A stretch of DNA of 64,000 nucleotides from Candidatus Eiseniibacteriota bacterium (GTDB lineage Bacteria > Eisenbacteria > RBG-16-71-46 > JABDJR01). Numbering within the stretch: the stretch's first letter is position 1; every line of letters starts with the position of its first letter. The stretch covers positions 1 to 64,000 of the forward strand of contig CAWANH010000001.1 in the NCBI GenBank assembly GCA_963783375.1, read 5' to 3'. The notes under the pieces are model-generated. The model made no database searches. It worked only from the letters and a program-made list of their open reading frames with translations, and was not told the DNA's origin. Both the position numbers and the translations under genes were made by a program. This document shows positions 37,772 through 47,338 of the stretch, in pieces.

Positions 37772-39255
37772 ATCCGCTCGACCGTCCCCTGATGCTCGCG
37801 GCCGTGGCCGGTCTCCTGGGGGCGTTCGCGACTCCCGGAGCCCTCGCACTCGCCCAGCCCGAGGGCCCCCGGGTCTCGATCGGCGAGAAGGCGCTGGAAG
37901 CTATCCCCGTTCCGCCCTTGACCTGGTCGGTGCCCGAGGTCGGCCGCGAGGTGACCCGGGAGACCCTGTCCGGGGGGAGCATCATCTACGTCTATCCCGA
38001 TCACCGGGTCCCGCTGGTGAACGTGCTCTTCCAGTTCCGGGCGGGCTCTTTCGAGGAGCCGGTGGAGCAGGCGGGCCTGGCCAACATGGTCCTGAACCTG
38101 ATCCGCACCGGGGGTACGGCGAAGCACGGTTACCAGGAGATCGACCAGAGCCTCGATGAGCTGGCCGCCCAGGTGGGGGTTTCCCCGGGCGACGAGGCCG
38201 CGGGCATCACCCTGAACGTCCTCCGGAAGAACCTGGCGCCCGGGCTCGCCATGGTGGCGGAGATGATCCGGGAGCCCGCTTTCCCGGAGGACCGGATCGC
38301 CTTCCGGAAGGAGGAAGTGCGGTCCTCGATCCGCCGCCAGAACGACAACCCGCGGGAGGCGGTGGCCCGCGAGTTCGCCCGGGCGGTGTTCGGCGACCAC
38401 CCTTACGGGCGCTCCCCGGAATGGGACCGGGTGCGCGGGATCACCGCCGGGGATCTGCGACGGTTCCACGATCGGTTCTACGTCCCCGGAAACCTGTTCA
38501 TCGCGGTGACCGGGGACATCTCCCCGAGGGAGGCCCGGGACGCCCTGGAGAAGGTGCTCGCCGGCTGGAAGGGCGCCGCCCCGGATCTACCCGCCGCGCC
38601 CCCGGAAGCGGGGCAGGTCACCCCGCCCGCCGTTCTCCTCTACCCGAAGGATCTCTCCCAGACCGCGATTGCCTTCGGCCGCCCCGGACTCGACCGCGCG
38701 AGCCCGGACATCTACACCGGCCAGGTCATGAACTACATCCTGGGCGGGGGGAGCTTCACCAGCCGCCTGGGGCAGGAGGTGCGCGATCGCGCCGGCCTGG
38801 CCTACTCGGTCCGAAGCTCGCTCCCCACCGACCGCTGCGATCCCGGTCCCTTCGTCATCCAATGCCAGACCAAGACCGAAAGCACCCTGGAAGCGCTCCG
38901 CCTCATGCGAAGCATCGTGTCCGGCATGGCCGAGGCCCCGGTCCCCGACGCGGTGTTCCAGGGGGCTCAGGACGCCCTGGTGAACGGGTTCGTGCGGGGG
39001 TTCGCCGACCCGGAGAGCGTGGTGGAGGCGCTCATGAACCTGGAGTTCGACGGACGGCCCCAGGACTTCTACCGCCACTACCTGGACCGTATCCGCGCGG
39101 TGACCCCGGCCCAGGTTCAGGCACTGGCCGGACGTCTCTGCGACCCGGACGGGATGGTGACGGTGATGGTGGGGAACGTGGGGGCGCTCGGGGACTCCTT
39201 GGGCGGCCTGGGTACGGTCGAGGTGCGCGAGCTGGCCGAACCGGATCTGGACTGA
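37768..39255 (+). CDS. M16 family peptidase, non-catalytic partner subunit
   Basis: M16 fold without HxxEH; ILGGGSFTSRL...VRDRAGLAYSV. Confidence 0.88.
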   Translation: MNPLDRPLMLAAVAGLLGAFATPGALALAQPEGPRVSIGEKALEAIPVPPLTWSVPEVGREVTRETLSGGSIIYVYPDHRVPLVNVLFQFRAGSFEEPVEQAGLANMVLNLIRTGGTAKHGYQEIDQSLDELAAQVGVSPGDEAAGITLNVLRKNLAPGLAMVAEMIREPAFPEDRIAFRKEEVRSSIRRQNDNPREAVAREFARAVFGDHPYGRSPEWDRVRGITAGDLRRFHDRFYVPGNLFIAVTGDISPREARDALEKVLAGWKGAAPDLPAAPPEAGQVTPPAVLLYPKDLSQTAIAFGRPGLDRASPDIYTGQVMNYILGGGSFTSRLGQEVRDRAGLAYSVRSSLPTDRCDPGPFVIQCQTKTESTLEALRLMRSIVSGMAEAPVPDAVFQGAQDALVNGFVRGFADPESVVEALMNLEFDGRPQDFYRHYLDRIRAVTPAQVQALAGRLCDPDGMVTVMVGNVGALGDSLGGLGTVEVRELAEPDLD

Positions 39256-39282
39256 ACGGCGCGGCCGGCCCGGTGGACCGCG

Positions 39283-40254
39283 CTAGAGCCAGCGCTTGTG
39301 CCGGAAATAGGCCAGCATGCCCAGGGCCAGGAGGAGCATCCCCCCGGTCAGCCAGTACACCGCGTAGCGGTTCCCCAGCCAGGGCATCTGCTGGAAATTC
39401 ATCCCGAAGTACCCGGTGATGAGAGAGAGCGGAAGCATGATGGTGGCGATGATCGAGAGCACCTTCATGATGTCGTTGGCGCGGTTGGAGAGCTGGGTCA
39501 TGTAGGTCTCCATGGCGCTTCCCGCGGTGTCCCGGTAGCTGTCCAGGGCGTCCCCGATCCGGAGCAGGTGGTCGTAGACGTCCCGGAAGTAGTAGCGGGT
39601 GGCTCCCTGGGTGACCGCGAAGTCCCCCCGGGTCAGCTGGTTCATGACCTCCCGCTGGGGCCCGGCCACCCGCCGGAGCGCCATGATCCTCCGCTTGAGG
39701 TTCAGGATCTGCTGGAGAAGGTCCCGGCCGAGCTCGGTGAACAGCCGTTCCTCGAGGGTGTCCAGCTCGTCGTCGATCCGCTCCATCAGCTCGAAGTAGT
39801 AGTCGACCATCCGGTCCACCACCAGGTAGAAGACATAATCCGGCCCCTTCTTCAGGAGATCCGGGTTCTTCTTGACCCGGTCCCACACGTCGCGGATGGA
39901 GAAGAGCCGGCCGTAGCGCACGGTGACCAGGTAGTTGGGTCCCAGGAAGGTGTCCATCTCCAGCATGTCCAGGGGATCCGCCCCCTCGTTCAGGTTCAAC
40001 CCGTGGAAGACGGTGAAGATGTGGGTCCCGTAGTCGTCCACCTTGGGTCGCTGGATGTTGTTGTGGCAGTCCTCGATGGCCAGGGGATGAAAGGTGAACA
40101 CCCCCTGGAGGGCCTCATAATCCGCCATTTCCGGATCGAGAAGGTCCACCCAGATCCGGCTCTCCGCCTGGGCCAGGTGGGGCCCCAGTTCCTCCAGGGG
40201 CGGGTCGACCTCCAGGGAACCGTCGGGTTTCAGAACCAGGATCTGCACCGGCAT
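39283..40254 (-). CDS. corA: Magnesium/cobalt transporter
   Basis: FHPLAIED, RPKVDDY, YFRDVYDH, ITGYFGMNF (GMN motif). Confidence 0.93.
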   Translation of the reverse strand: MPVQILVLKPDGSLEVDPPLEELGPHLAQAESRIWVDLLDPEMADYEALQGVFTFHPLAIEDCHNNIQRPKVDDYGTHIFTVFHGLNLNEGADPLDMLEMDTFLGPNYLVTVRYGRLFSIRDVWDRVKKNPDLLKKGPDYVFYLVVDRMVDYYFELMERIDDELDTLEERLFTELGRDLLQQILNLKRRIMALRRVAGPQREVMNQLTRGDFAVTQGATRYYFRDVYDHLLRIGDALDSYRDTAGSAMETYMTQLSNRANDIMKVLSIIATIMLPLSLITGYFGMNFQQMPWLGNRYAVYWLTGGMLLLALGMLAYFRHKRWL

Positions 40255-40595
40255 CGTCGCCCCCCTTCAGAGTCTTCGCCCGTCCGGAGGTCCGCCGCCC
40301 TCCGGGACTCCGGCACACCTTAGGGACGCGAACCCCTCCGGGCAAGGGCGGAAAGCCGCGCCCCCCCCGGGCCCACTTCCCTACCCGGAACTCCGGGTCG
40401 GATTTACGACCGGACCGCCGTCTTGATACACTGCTCGTTTCCCATGGTGCAACAACCCGTTTCGAGGAGGCTCCGGTCGGACGGGGCCTCCCGTCGCATG
40501 AGGGCCGGCTCGGGACTCCCCTTCGGGGGTGGCGTCACGCCGTGCCCGCCCCCCGGGCTCCCGCATTCCCCCTCCGAGGCCTCGGAGGAGACGCC

Positions 40596-42362
40596 GTGAA
40601 CGCGCTCGCCGCCCTGGGCCCCTACCTCCGCCGGCACAAACGGACCATGTACTGGGGGATGCTGGCCCTGATCCTCTCCGATGCCTTCCAGCTCGCCAGC
40701 CCCTGGGTGTTCAAGTACGCGATCGACGGCCTCACCGCGGAGATCAGCCGGGGAAAGCTCATGGCCTTCGCCGGGGCCCTGGTGGTCATGGCGCTCCTGG
40801 GAGGGCTGGCCCGGTTCTACATGCGCCGGCTCATGATCGGCGTGTCCCGGGAGATCGAGTACGAGCTCCGGAACGATTTCTACCACAAGCTCACCACGCT
40901 CTCCTTTTCCTATTACAACCGGATCCCCACCGGGGACCTCATGGCCCGCGCCACCAACGATCTGAACGCGGTCCGGGGGGTGCTCGGCCCCGGGATCATG
41001 TACTCGATCAACACCGTGGTCACGCTGGCCGCCGCCCTGACCTTCATGATGATCCTGAGCTGGCGGCTCACCCTGGTGTCCCTGATCCCCCTCCCCCTGA
41101 TCTCGCTCTTCATGTACCGCTACGGGAGGATCATCCACAAGCGATTCGAGGAGGTGCAGGCCCAGTTCTCGGCCATCACCGAGCGGGCCCATGAGTACCT
41201 CTCGGGAATCCGGGTGGTGAAGGCCTACGTCCAGGAGGACGCGGCCACCCGGGACTTCCACCGGAAGAACATGGATTACCTGCGGGGCAACATGACCCTG
41301 GTGAAGGTGAACGGGATCTTCTCCCCGGCCATCGGCTTCCTGGCCGGGACCGGCAGCGTCCTGGTCCTGGCGGTCGGGGGCTCCCTGGTCATCGACGGGA
41401 AGATCACCCTGGGCGACTTCGTGGCCTTCAACTCCTACCTGGTCATGCTCATCTGGCCGATGATCGCCCTGGGCTGGGTGGTCTCCATGTTCCAGCGCGG
41501 GGCGGCTTCGATGAAGCGGATGAACCAGGTTCTCGATGCCGAGCCGGATATCGTGAACCCGGTCCCGGACTCGGAGGCCGACGGGAGAGACGGCGTCCCG
41601 CCCCTGGCCGGGGAGATCGAGTTCATGGACGTCCACTTCGCCCACTCCACCCGGCCGGATGCCCAGGTTCTGGCCGGAATCAACCTCAAGATCCGTCCCG
41701 GGGAGACGGTGGCGGTGGTGGGACGGACCGGCTCCGGGAAGACCACGCTGGTGAACCTGATTCCGCGGATCTACGATCCGGTCCGCGGACGGGTCCTGGT
41801 GGACGGGATGGATGTTCGGGAAATGGATCTGAACCGGTTGCGCTCGTCGATAGGGTACGTTCCCCAGGAGACCTTCCTGTTCAGCCGCACCGTGGCCCAG
41901 AACATCTCGCTCGGCACTTCCGAGGCCGGAGAGGACGAGATCCACCGCATGGCCGAGCTGGCCCGGCTGGCCGATGACGTCGAGGACTTTCCCGACCGCT
42001 ACGCCACCATGGTGGGCGAGCGCGGGGTGACCCTGTCCGGGGGGCAGAAACAGCGCACGGCCATCGCCCGGGCGCTTCTGCGCAACCCCCGGATCCTGAT
42101 CCTCGACGACGCCCTGGCCAGCGTGGACACCCGCACCGAGGAAGACATCCTTTCCGGGCTCCGGGTGTTCATGAAGGACCGCACCACCATCCTGGTGGCC
42201 CATCGGGTGAGCACGGTCAAGCTGGCCGACCGGATCGTGGTTCTCGACGAGGGGAGGATCACGGAGGAGGGCACCCACGAGGAGCTTCTCGCCCGGAGCG
42301 GGCAGTACGCGGAGCTGGTCAGCCTCCAGCAGCTCGAGCAGGAGCTGGAGGCGACGCTGTGA
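40596..42362 (+). CDS. ABC exporter TMD-NBD, MdlA/YheI-like
   Basis: TGDLMARATND, GRTGSGKT, LSGGQKQR, ILDDALASVD; GGAGG RBS before GTG 40596. Confidence 0.92.
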   Translation: MNALAALGPYLRRHKRTMYWGMLALILSDAFQLASPWVFKYAIDGLTAEISRGKLMAFAGALVVMALLGGLARFYMRRLMIGVSREIEYELRNDFYHKLTTLSFSYYNRIPTGDLMARATNDLNAVRGVLGPGIMYSINTVVTLAAALTFMMILSWRLTLVSLIPLPLISLFMYRYGRIIHKRFEEVQAQFSAITERAHEYLSGIRVVKAYVQEDAATRDFHRKNMDYLRGNMTLVKVNGIFSPAIGFLAGTGSVLVLAVGGSLVIDGKITLGDFVAFNSYLVMLIWPMIALGWVVSMFQRGAASMKRMNQVLDAEPDIVNPVPDSEADGRDGVPPLAGEIEFMDVHFAHSTRPDAQVLAGINLKIRPGETVAVVGRTGSGKTTLVNLIPRIYDPVRGRVLVDGMDVREMDLNRLRSSIGYVPQETFLFSRTVAQNISLGTSEAGEDEIHRMAELARLADDVEDFPDRYATMVGERGVTLSGGQKQRTAIARALLRNPRILILDDALASVDTRTEEDILSGLRVFMKDRTTILVAHRVSTVKLADRIVVLDEGRITEEGTHEELLARSGQYAELVSLQQLEQELEATL

Positions 42363-44182
42363 TCGGCCACGAATTCCAGGAAGACGAGGTCCTGGGCAAG
42401 GCCTACGACGGCCGGCTCATGAAGCGGCTCCTCACCTATCTCAAGCCGCACCATACCGCGGTGGTCGTCTCGATCCTTCTCCTGATAGGGACTTCCCTTC
42501 TCGACCTGGCCGGGCCGTTCCTGACCAAGATCGCCATCGACCGCTACATCGGGGGGAAGGATCTTCCCGGCCTCATTCGCATCGCCGCCCTGTTCCTGGG
42601 CACCCTCGTCTTCGCCATGGTGCTGGGCTACGCCCAGACCTACATCATGCAGAAGGTGGGGCAGGAGATCATGGTGAAGCTGCGCGGGCAGATCTTCCGC
42701 CACCTCCAGAATCTCCAGGTCGCCTTCTTCGACCGGAACCCGGTGGGCCGGCTGATCACCCGGCTCACCAGCGACGTGGACGCGCTGAACGAGATGTTCA
42801 CCAGCGGGGTGGTGGCCATCTTCGGTGACGTGGTGACGCTGTTCGGCATCATGATCGTCCTCCTGGTCATGGACTGGCAGCTGGCCCTGATCTCCTTCGC
42901 CGTTCTCCCCCTCCTCTTCTGGCTCAGCAGCTGGTTCCGGAACAACGTCCGGGACAGCTACCGTCAGGTCCGCGTGCGGCTCGCCCGCATCAACTCCTTC
43001 CTCCAGGAGTCCATCACCGGGATGTCGGTTCTCCAGGTGATGAACCACGAGAAGCAGAGCCGCCGGGAGTTTCACGCCCTGAACCGGGACCACACCGAGG
43101 CCCACCTGCGCTCGGTGTTCTACTACGCCACCTTCTACCCCGCGGTGGAGCTCATCTCCTCCCTCGCCCTGGCCCTGGTGATCTGGATGGGCGGCGAGCA
43201 GATCCTCCGCAACGCCTTCACCCTGGGCGGGCTGGTGGCCTTCATCCAGTACGTCCGGCGGTTCTATCGCCCCATCCAGGACCTCTCGGAGAAGTACAAC
43301 ATCCTCCAGGCCGCGATGGCGGCCAGCGAGCGCATCTTCAACCTCCTGGACACTCCCCCCACCATCGTGGATCCCGGGAAGCCGGGGGTCGCCACCGCGG
43401 GGAACGGCGCGCTTCCGGTGATCGAGTTCCGCAACGTGTGGTTCGCCTACAACCCGGAGGACTGGGTCCTGAGGGATGTTTCCTTCAAGGTCGGTCTCGG
43501 GGAGTCGATCGCTTTCGTGGGAGCCACCGGAGCGGGCAAGACCAGCCTCATGAGCCTCCTCATGCGCTTCTACGACGTGCAGAAGGGGGCGATCCTGCTC
43601 GACGGGATCGACATCCGGCACTGGCCCCAGGCCGACCTTCGCCGGCGGATGAGCCTGGTGCTCCAGGACGTGTTCCTGTTCAGCGGATCGGTGAACGAGA
43701 ACATCCGCATGGGCGACGAGGAGATCCCCGACGAGGAAGTGCGAACCGCCGCCCGCACCGTCAACGCCGAGTCCTTCGTGAACCGGCTCCCCGAGGGGTT
43801 CAGCACCCTGCTGGGGGAGCGGGGGGCGTCCCTCAGCACCGGCCAGAAGCAGCTGCTCTCCTTCGCCCGGGCCCTGGCCCATCATCCGGAGATCCTCATC
43901 CTGGACGAGGCGACGAGCAACGTGGACACCGAGACCGAGATCCTGATCCAGGACGCCCTCACCCGGCTCATGAAGGGCCGCACCTCGCTGATCGTGGCCC
44001 ACCGGCTCTCCACCGTGCGGCACGTGGACCGGATCATCGTCATGCACAAGGGCCAGATCCGGGAGGAGGGCACCCACCAGGAGCTGCTCCGGGCGCGGGG
44101 GCTCTACTACAAGCTGTATCTATTGCAGTACAAGGATCAGGAGGCCCGGGTGGCGGGTGCGTCACCCTCCCCCACCTCCTGA
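42359..44182 (+). CDS. ABC exporter TMD-NBD, MdlB/YheH-like
   Basis: PVGRLITRLTSD, GATGAGKT, LSTGQKQL, ILDEATS; heterodimer partner of the upstream gene. Confidence 0.92.
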   Translation: MIGHEFQEDEVLGKAYDGRLMKRLLTYLKPHHTAVVVSILLLIGTSLLDLAGPFLTKIAIDRYIGGKDLPGLIRIAALFLGTLVFAMVLGYAQTYIMQKVGQEIMVKLRGQIFRHLQNLQVAFFDRNPVGRLITRLTSDVDALNEMFTSGVVAIFGDVVTLFGIMIVLLVMDWQLALISFAVLPLLFWLSSWFRNNVRDSYRQVRVRLARINSFLQESITGMSVLQVMNHEKQSRREFHALNRDHTEAHLRSVFYYATFYPAVELISSLALALVIWMGGEQILRNAFTLGGLVAFIQYVRRFYRPIQDLSEKYNILQAAMAASERIFNLLDTPPTIVDPGKPGVATAGNGALPVIEFRNVWFAYNPEDWVLRDVSFKVGLGESIAFVGATGAGKTSLMSLLMRFYDVQKGAILLDGIDIRHWPQADLRRRMSLVLQDVFLFSGSVNENIRMGDEEIPDEEVRTAARTVNAESFVNRLPEGFSTLLGERGASLSTGQKQLLSFARALAHHPEILILDEATSNVDTETEILIQDALTRLMKGRTSLIVAHRLSTVRHVDRIIVMHKGQIREEGTHQELLRARGLYYKLYLLQYKDQEARVAGASPSPTS

Positions 44183-44595
44183 CCGATCCGGTCGATTTAC
44201 CGCTTCGGCGGAAGGACGAAAAAATCACCCGGGGGGGAAGCTGGTCCGCCGCGCCCCGGTATGGTGACCGGAAATCGGATCGAGGACGGAGAGGTCCCCA
44301 AGGGACCGAGAACATGCGGCGGAGGCGGCGGAGACGCCGCGGCTGCGGTTTACGTTCTTGCCGAGCCCGGGGTGTCCTGATACGCTCCGCCTCCCTGTTG
44401 ATGACGGTTTCCGGATGCTGGCGCTTTGAACTCCGGCCCTTCGATCGGGCCCGACGCCCATCCCGGCTCCCTTGGACACGCAACGGTCGCCCCGCGGCGG
44501 CTCCGAGCAAGCCGCCGCTCGCCGACGGCCGAAGCAAGCCGCCCGGGTGGGCGGCCGAACGCACGCCGCCGTTCCGCGGCTGAAAGGATGCGGGA

Positions 44596-45612
44596 ATGAA
44601 ACGACGTTTCTTGTGGATCGCGACCGGACTTGCCGTCCTTGCCGTCGGTTGCGGCTCCAAATCGGGTTCGGGCGAGGGTGACGCCGGAAACGCGGCCGCC
44701 GTGGTCAACGGGGTACCCATCCAGGTCTCGGAGGTTCAGAAGGTCGCCAAGAACTTCTCGCGACAGGGCATTCAGCCCGACTCCACCGCCCAGGGGAACA
44801 CGCCGGCCGAGCGTCTCTACTACACCGCGGTGGACCGGCTGATCGAGCAGGAGCTCCTCCGGGAAGCCGCGGTGAAGGACTCGATCACCGTCACCGACGA
44901 GGAAGTGCAGGGAAACGTCTCCCAGCTCAAGACCATGGCCGGCGGGGACGAGGCCTTCCAGAAACTCCTCGCCGACAACGGAGCCAACGAGGAGGACGTG
45001 GTCAAGGACATGAAGACCAACCTCCTCCTGAAGCACTACTTCGACAAGAAGGTGAAGCGGGATCAGGCGGTGACCGACCAGGAAATTCAGGACTATTACG
45101 ACGGCCACCCGGAGAACTTCGCCGCGAAGCCCCAGGTCGAGGCCAGCCATATTCTCATCCGCACCAAGCCCGAGATGACCGACGCGGACAAGGCCGCGGC
45201 CCGGCAGAAGGCCGAGGAGGTCCTGGCCAAGGCCAAGAAGGGCGATGACTTCGGCGAGCTGGCCAAGGAGTACTCCGAGGATCCCGGCTCCGCCACCAAG
45301 GGCGGTGATCTGGGCTGGTTCAACGAGGGGCAGATGGTGGCGCCCTTCGACTCCGCCGCGTTCGCCCTGGAGCCCGGACAGTTGAGCGACGTGGTCACCA
45401 CCAATTACGGCTATCACGTCATCAAACTCCAGAACAAGCGCATGGGAGAGCCCCAGAAGCTGGAGGCGGTCAAGCCGCAGATCCAGCAGTTCCTGTCCCA
45501 GCAGAAGTCCCAGGAGCAGTTCCGGGCGTTGGTGGACTCGCTCAAGGCCGAAGCCAAGATCAAGATCACCGACCCACCCCCCGCGGGCGCCCTGGACGGG
45601 ATCGGGTCCTGA
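44596..45612 (+). CDS. Parvulin-type peptidyl-prolyl isomerase lipoprotein (PrsA/SurA-like)
   Basis: Lipobox LAVGC, ASHILI, FGELAKEYSEDPGS, GGDLGWF, YGYHVIK. Confidence 0.92.
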   Translation: MKRRFLWIATGLAVLAVGCGSKSGSGEGDAGNAAAVVNGVPIQVSEVQKVAKNFSRQGIQPDSTAQGNTPAERLYYTAVDRLIEQELLREAAVKDSITVTDEEVQGNVSQLKTMAGGDEAFQKLLADNGANEEDVVKDMKTNLLLKHYFDKKVKRDQAVTDQEIQDYYDGHPENFAAKPQVEASHILIRTKPEMTDADKAAARQKAEEVLAKAKKGDDFGELAKEYSEDPGSATKGGDLGWFNEGQMVAPFDSAAFALEPGQLSDVVTTNYGYHVIKLQNKRMGEPQKLEAVKPQIQQFLSQQKSQEQFRALVDSLKAEAKIKITDPPPAGALDGIGS

Positions 45613-45801
45613 CCGATCCCCGGCCCGTTCCGACCCGCGACCGGCGCCGGCGCCGGTCGCGGGCACATACGCCCGCCCGGGATCCCCGGAAACTCAGACC
45701 TTGCCCCCGGCTCCGGGAGCGGTTAGACTCCTTCGCACTTTGTCTCTGAGCGAACCCCGCTTGGGGTTCCCCCTCCACAGACCTCGACCAATGGAATAAG
45801 C

Positions 45802-45897
45802 ATGGGAAGCCTGATCAAGAAGCGGCGGAAGAAGATCCGCAAGCACAAGCTGAAGAAGCGTCGCCGCCGCAACCGGCACAAGAAGCGCAACCGCTAG
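45802..45897 (+). CDS. Small basic ribosomal protein, bS22 / AURKAIP1-COX24 (DUF1713) family
   Basis: Not in the ORF track: MGSLIKKRRKKIRKHKLKKRRRRNRHKKRNR (31 aa), matching the MGS.IKKRRK... pattern. Confidence 0.88.
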   Translation: MGSLIKKRRKKIRKHKLKKRRRRNRHKKRNR

Positions 45898-46029
45898 GCC
45901 GCCGGGAGCGCCCGCCGGGCGCTCCCGGCCGCATTGCGCCCCGATCGTCCCCTCCGGCTCCTCGAAGCTCCGGCGGGAGGACGCCTCCCGGGACGACCGA
46001 GCCGGCCATCGCCGCCTCGGGGCCGAACT

Positions 46030-46626
46030 CTACCCCTTCGTGCCGCTCAGCCTGGCGAGCGCGCGTCGGATGAGAACTTCGACCTCCGGGGAGCGTCCAA
46101 GGTCCTTGGCCGCCTTCTCCACCGCCAGGGCCGCGGCCGGCCGCGAGTAGCCGAGGGAAACCAGGGCGGCCACGGCGTCGGATCCGGCGCCCCGTTCACC
46201 CCCCTCCCGAGCCTCTGCGGCGAACCCCGCCAACCCGTCCCTGAGTTCCATGGACATCCGCTCCGCCGTCTTCTTGCCTATCCCGGGGAGGCGGGTGAGA
46301 AACGCCAGGTCCCCCTCCCGCAAGGCGGCCACCAGTTCGCCCAGGGAGGGCACCGAGAGGGCGTTGAGCGCGATCTTCGGGCCGATCCCCGAGACGCCGA
46401 CGAGCTTCAGGAACAGGGAACGCTCGGTGTCGGAGCGGAACCCGTAGAGAGTGAGGGCGTCCTCGCGGACCACGAGGACGGTGTGCAGGGAGGCCTCCTC
46501 CCCCACCTCGCCCAGGACCGGGGAGGTGGTGAGCGGAACCAGGATCTCGAGTCCGAGCCCCCCCATCTCAACCACCACCCGGGTCGGCTGCTTGGCCAGA
46601 ATGCGACCGCGGACGTGGACGATCAT
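46030..46626 (-). CDS. ruvA: Holliday junction branch migration protein
   Basis: VVREDALTLYGF, VSGIGPKIAL, LPGIGKKTAER, ALVSLGY. Confidence 0.95.
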   Translation of the reverse strand: MIVHVRGRILAKQPTRVVVEMGGLGLEILVPLTTSPVLGEVGEEASLHTVLVVREDALTLYGFRSDTERSLFLKLVGVSGIGPKIALNALSVPSLGELVAALREGDLAFLTRLPGIGKKTAERMSMELRDGLAGFAAEAREGGERGAGSDAVAALVSLGYSRPAAALAVEKAAKDLGRSPEVEVLIRRALARLSGTKG

Positions 46627-46645
46627 GGCGCGGACACCAACCCGG

Positions 46646-47131
46646 TCACGAGATCGCCCGCAACCGGGCCCGGTGCCAGTGGCAGAGAGCGGCGGCCAGG
46701 GCGTCGGCGGCGTCCAGGGGCGGGGTTTCCCGAAGGCCCAGCATTCCCTTGACCATGAAGGCCACCTGCTCCTTCGCCGCCCCGCCGTTTCCGGTCACCG
46801 AGAGCTTGATTTCGCGCGGCGCGTACTCCTCGACCGGAAGATCCGCCTCGCGAACGGCCAACAGCACCACCCCCCGGACGTGGCCCAGCACCAGGGTGGA
46901 GCGAGCGCTCTTGTGGTAGAAGGCGGTCTCCACCGCCACGATTTCCGGCTCGTGCTCGGCGATGAGGGCGGCCAGGCCCCGGTGGATGGCGAGGAGGCGG
47001 TCGGGGAGTCCGAGTCCCTTCCCCGGGCGCAAGGTGCCGTAGAGGAGAGCCCGGGTCTTCCCCGGCCCCGCCTCGATGAACCCGTACCCGGTGACCTGGC
47101 TCCCGGGGTCAACGCCCAAAATACGTGTCAT
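46646..47131 (-). CDS. ruvC: Holliday junction resolvase
   Basis: ILGVDPG, VAVE, LGHVRG, TGNGGAAKEQV, DAADALA. Confidence 0.95.
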   Translation of the reverse strand: MTRILGVDPGSQVTGYGFIEAGPGKTRALLYGTLRPGKGLGLPDRLLAIHRGLAALIAEHEPEIVAVETAFYHKSARSTLVLGHVRGVVLLAVREADLPVEEYAPREIKLSVTGNGGAAKEQVAFMVKGMLGLRETPPLDAADALAAALCHWHRARLRAIS

Positions 47132-47338
47132 AGTGTGACTTAGCCCAGCGGAGGCTACCACGGAGGACGGCCGCCGGACAAGGGGGAGTGGATGACGCAG
47201 GGGGGTGGCTGGAGTATACTGCGTGAGCTTTTGGAGCGGTCCAATGACCGCATGTCCCGAGCACCCTGTACGGCGAGCGGCGGCCCCGTCCCCGTCCCCC
47301 CCACCCCAGGCCGCCCGATCGCAGCGGAGGTTCGTTCC

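Noticed and set aside
40300-40360. GGCACACC-TTA-GGGACGCGAACCCCTCCGGG resembles a c-di-GMP-I riboswitch
   Set aside because: The P2 stem with GNRA tetraloop is missing and no convincing P1/P3 pairing was seen; an Rfam scan would be needed.
44183-44595. Possible ncRNA in the 413-bp gap before the PPIase gene
   Set aside because: Only GC-rich local hairpins; no family signature or convincing closing stem.
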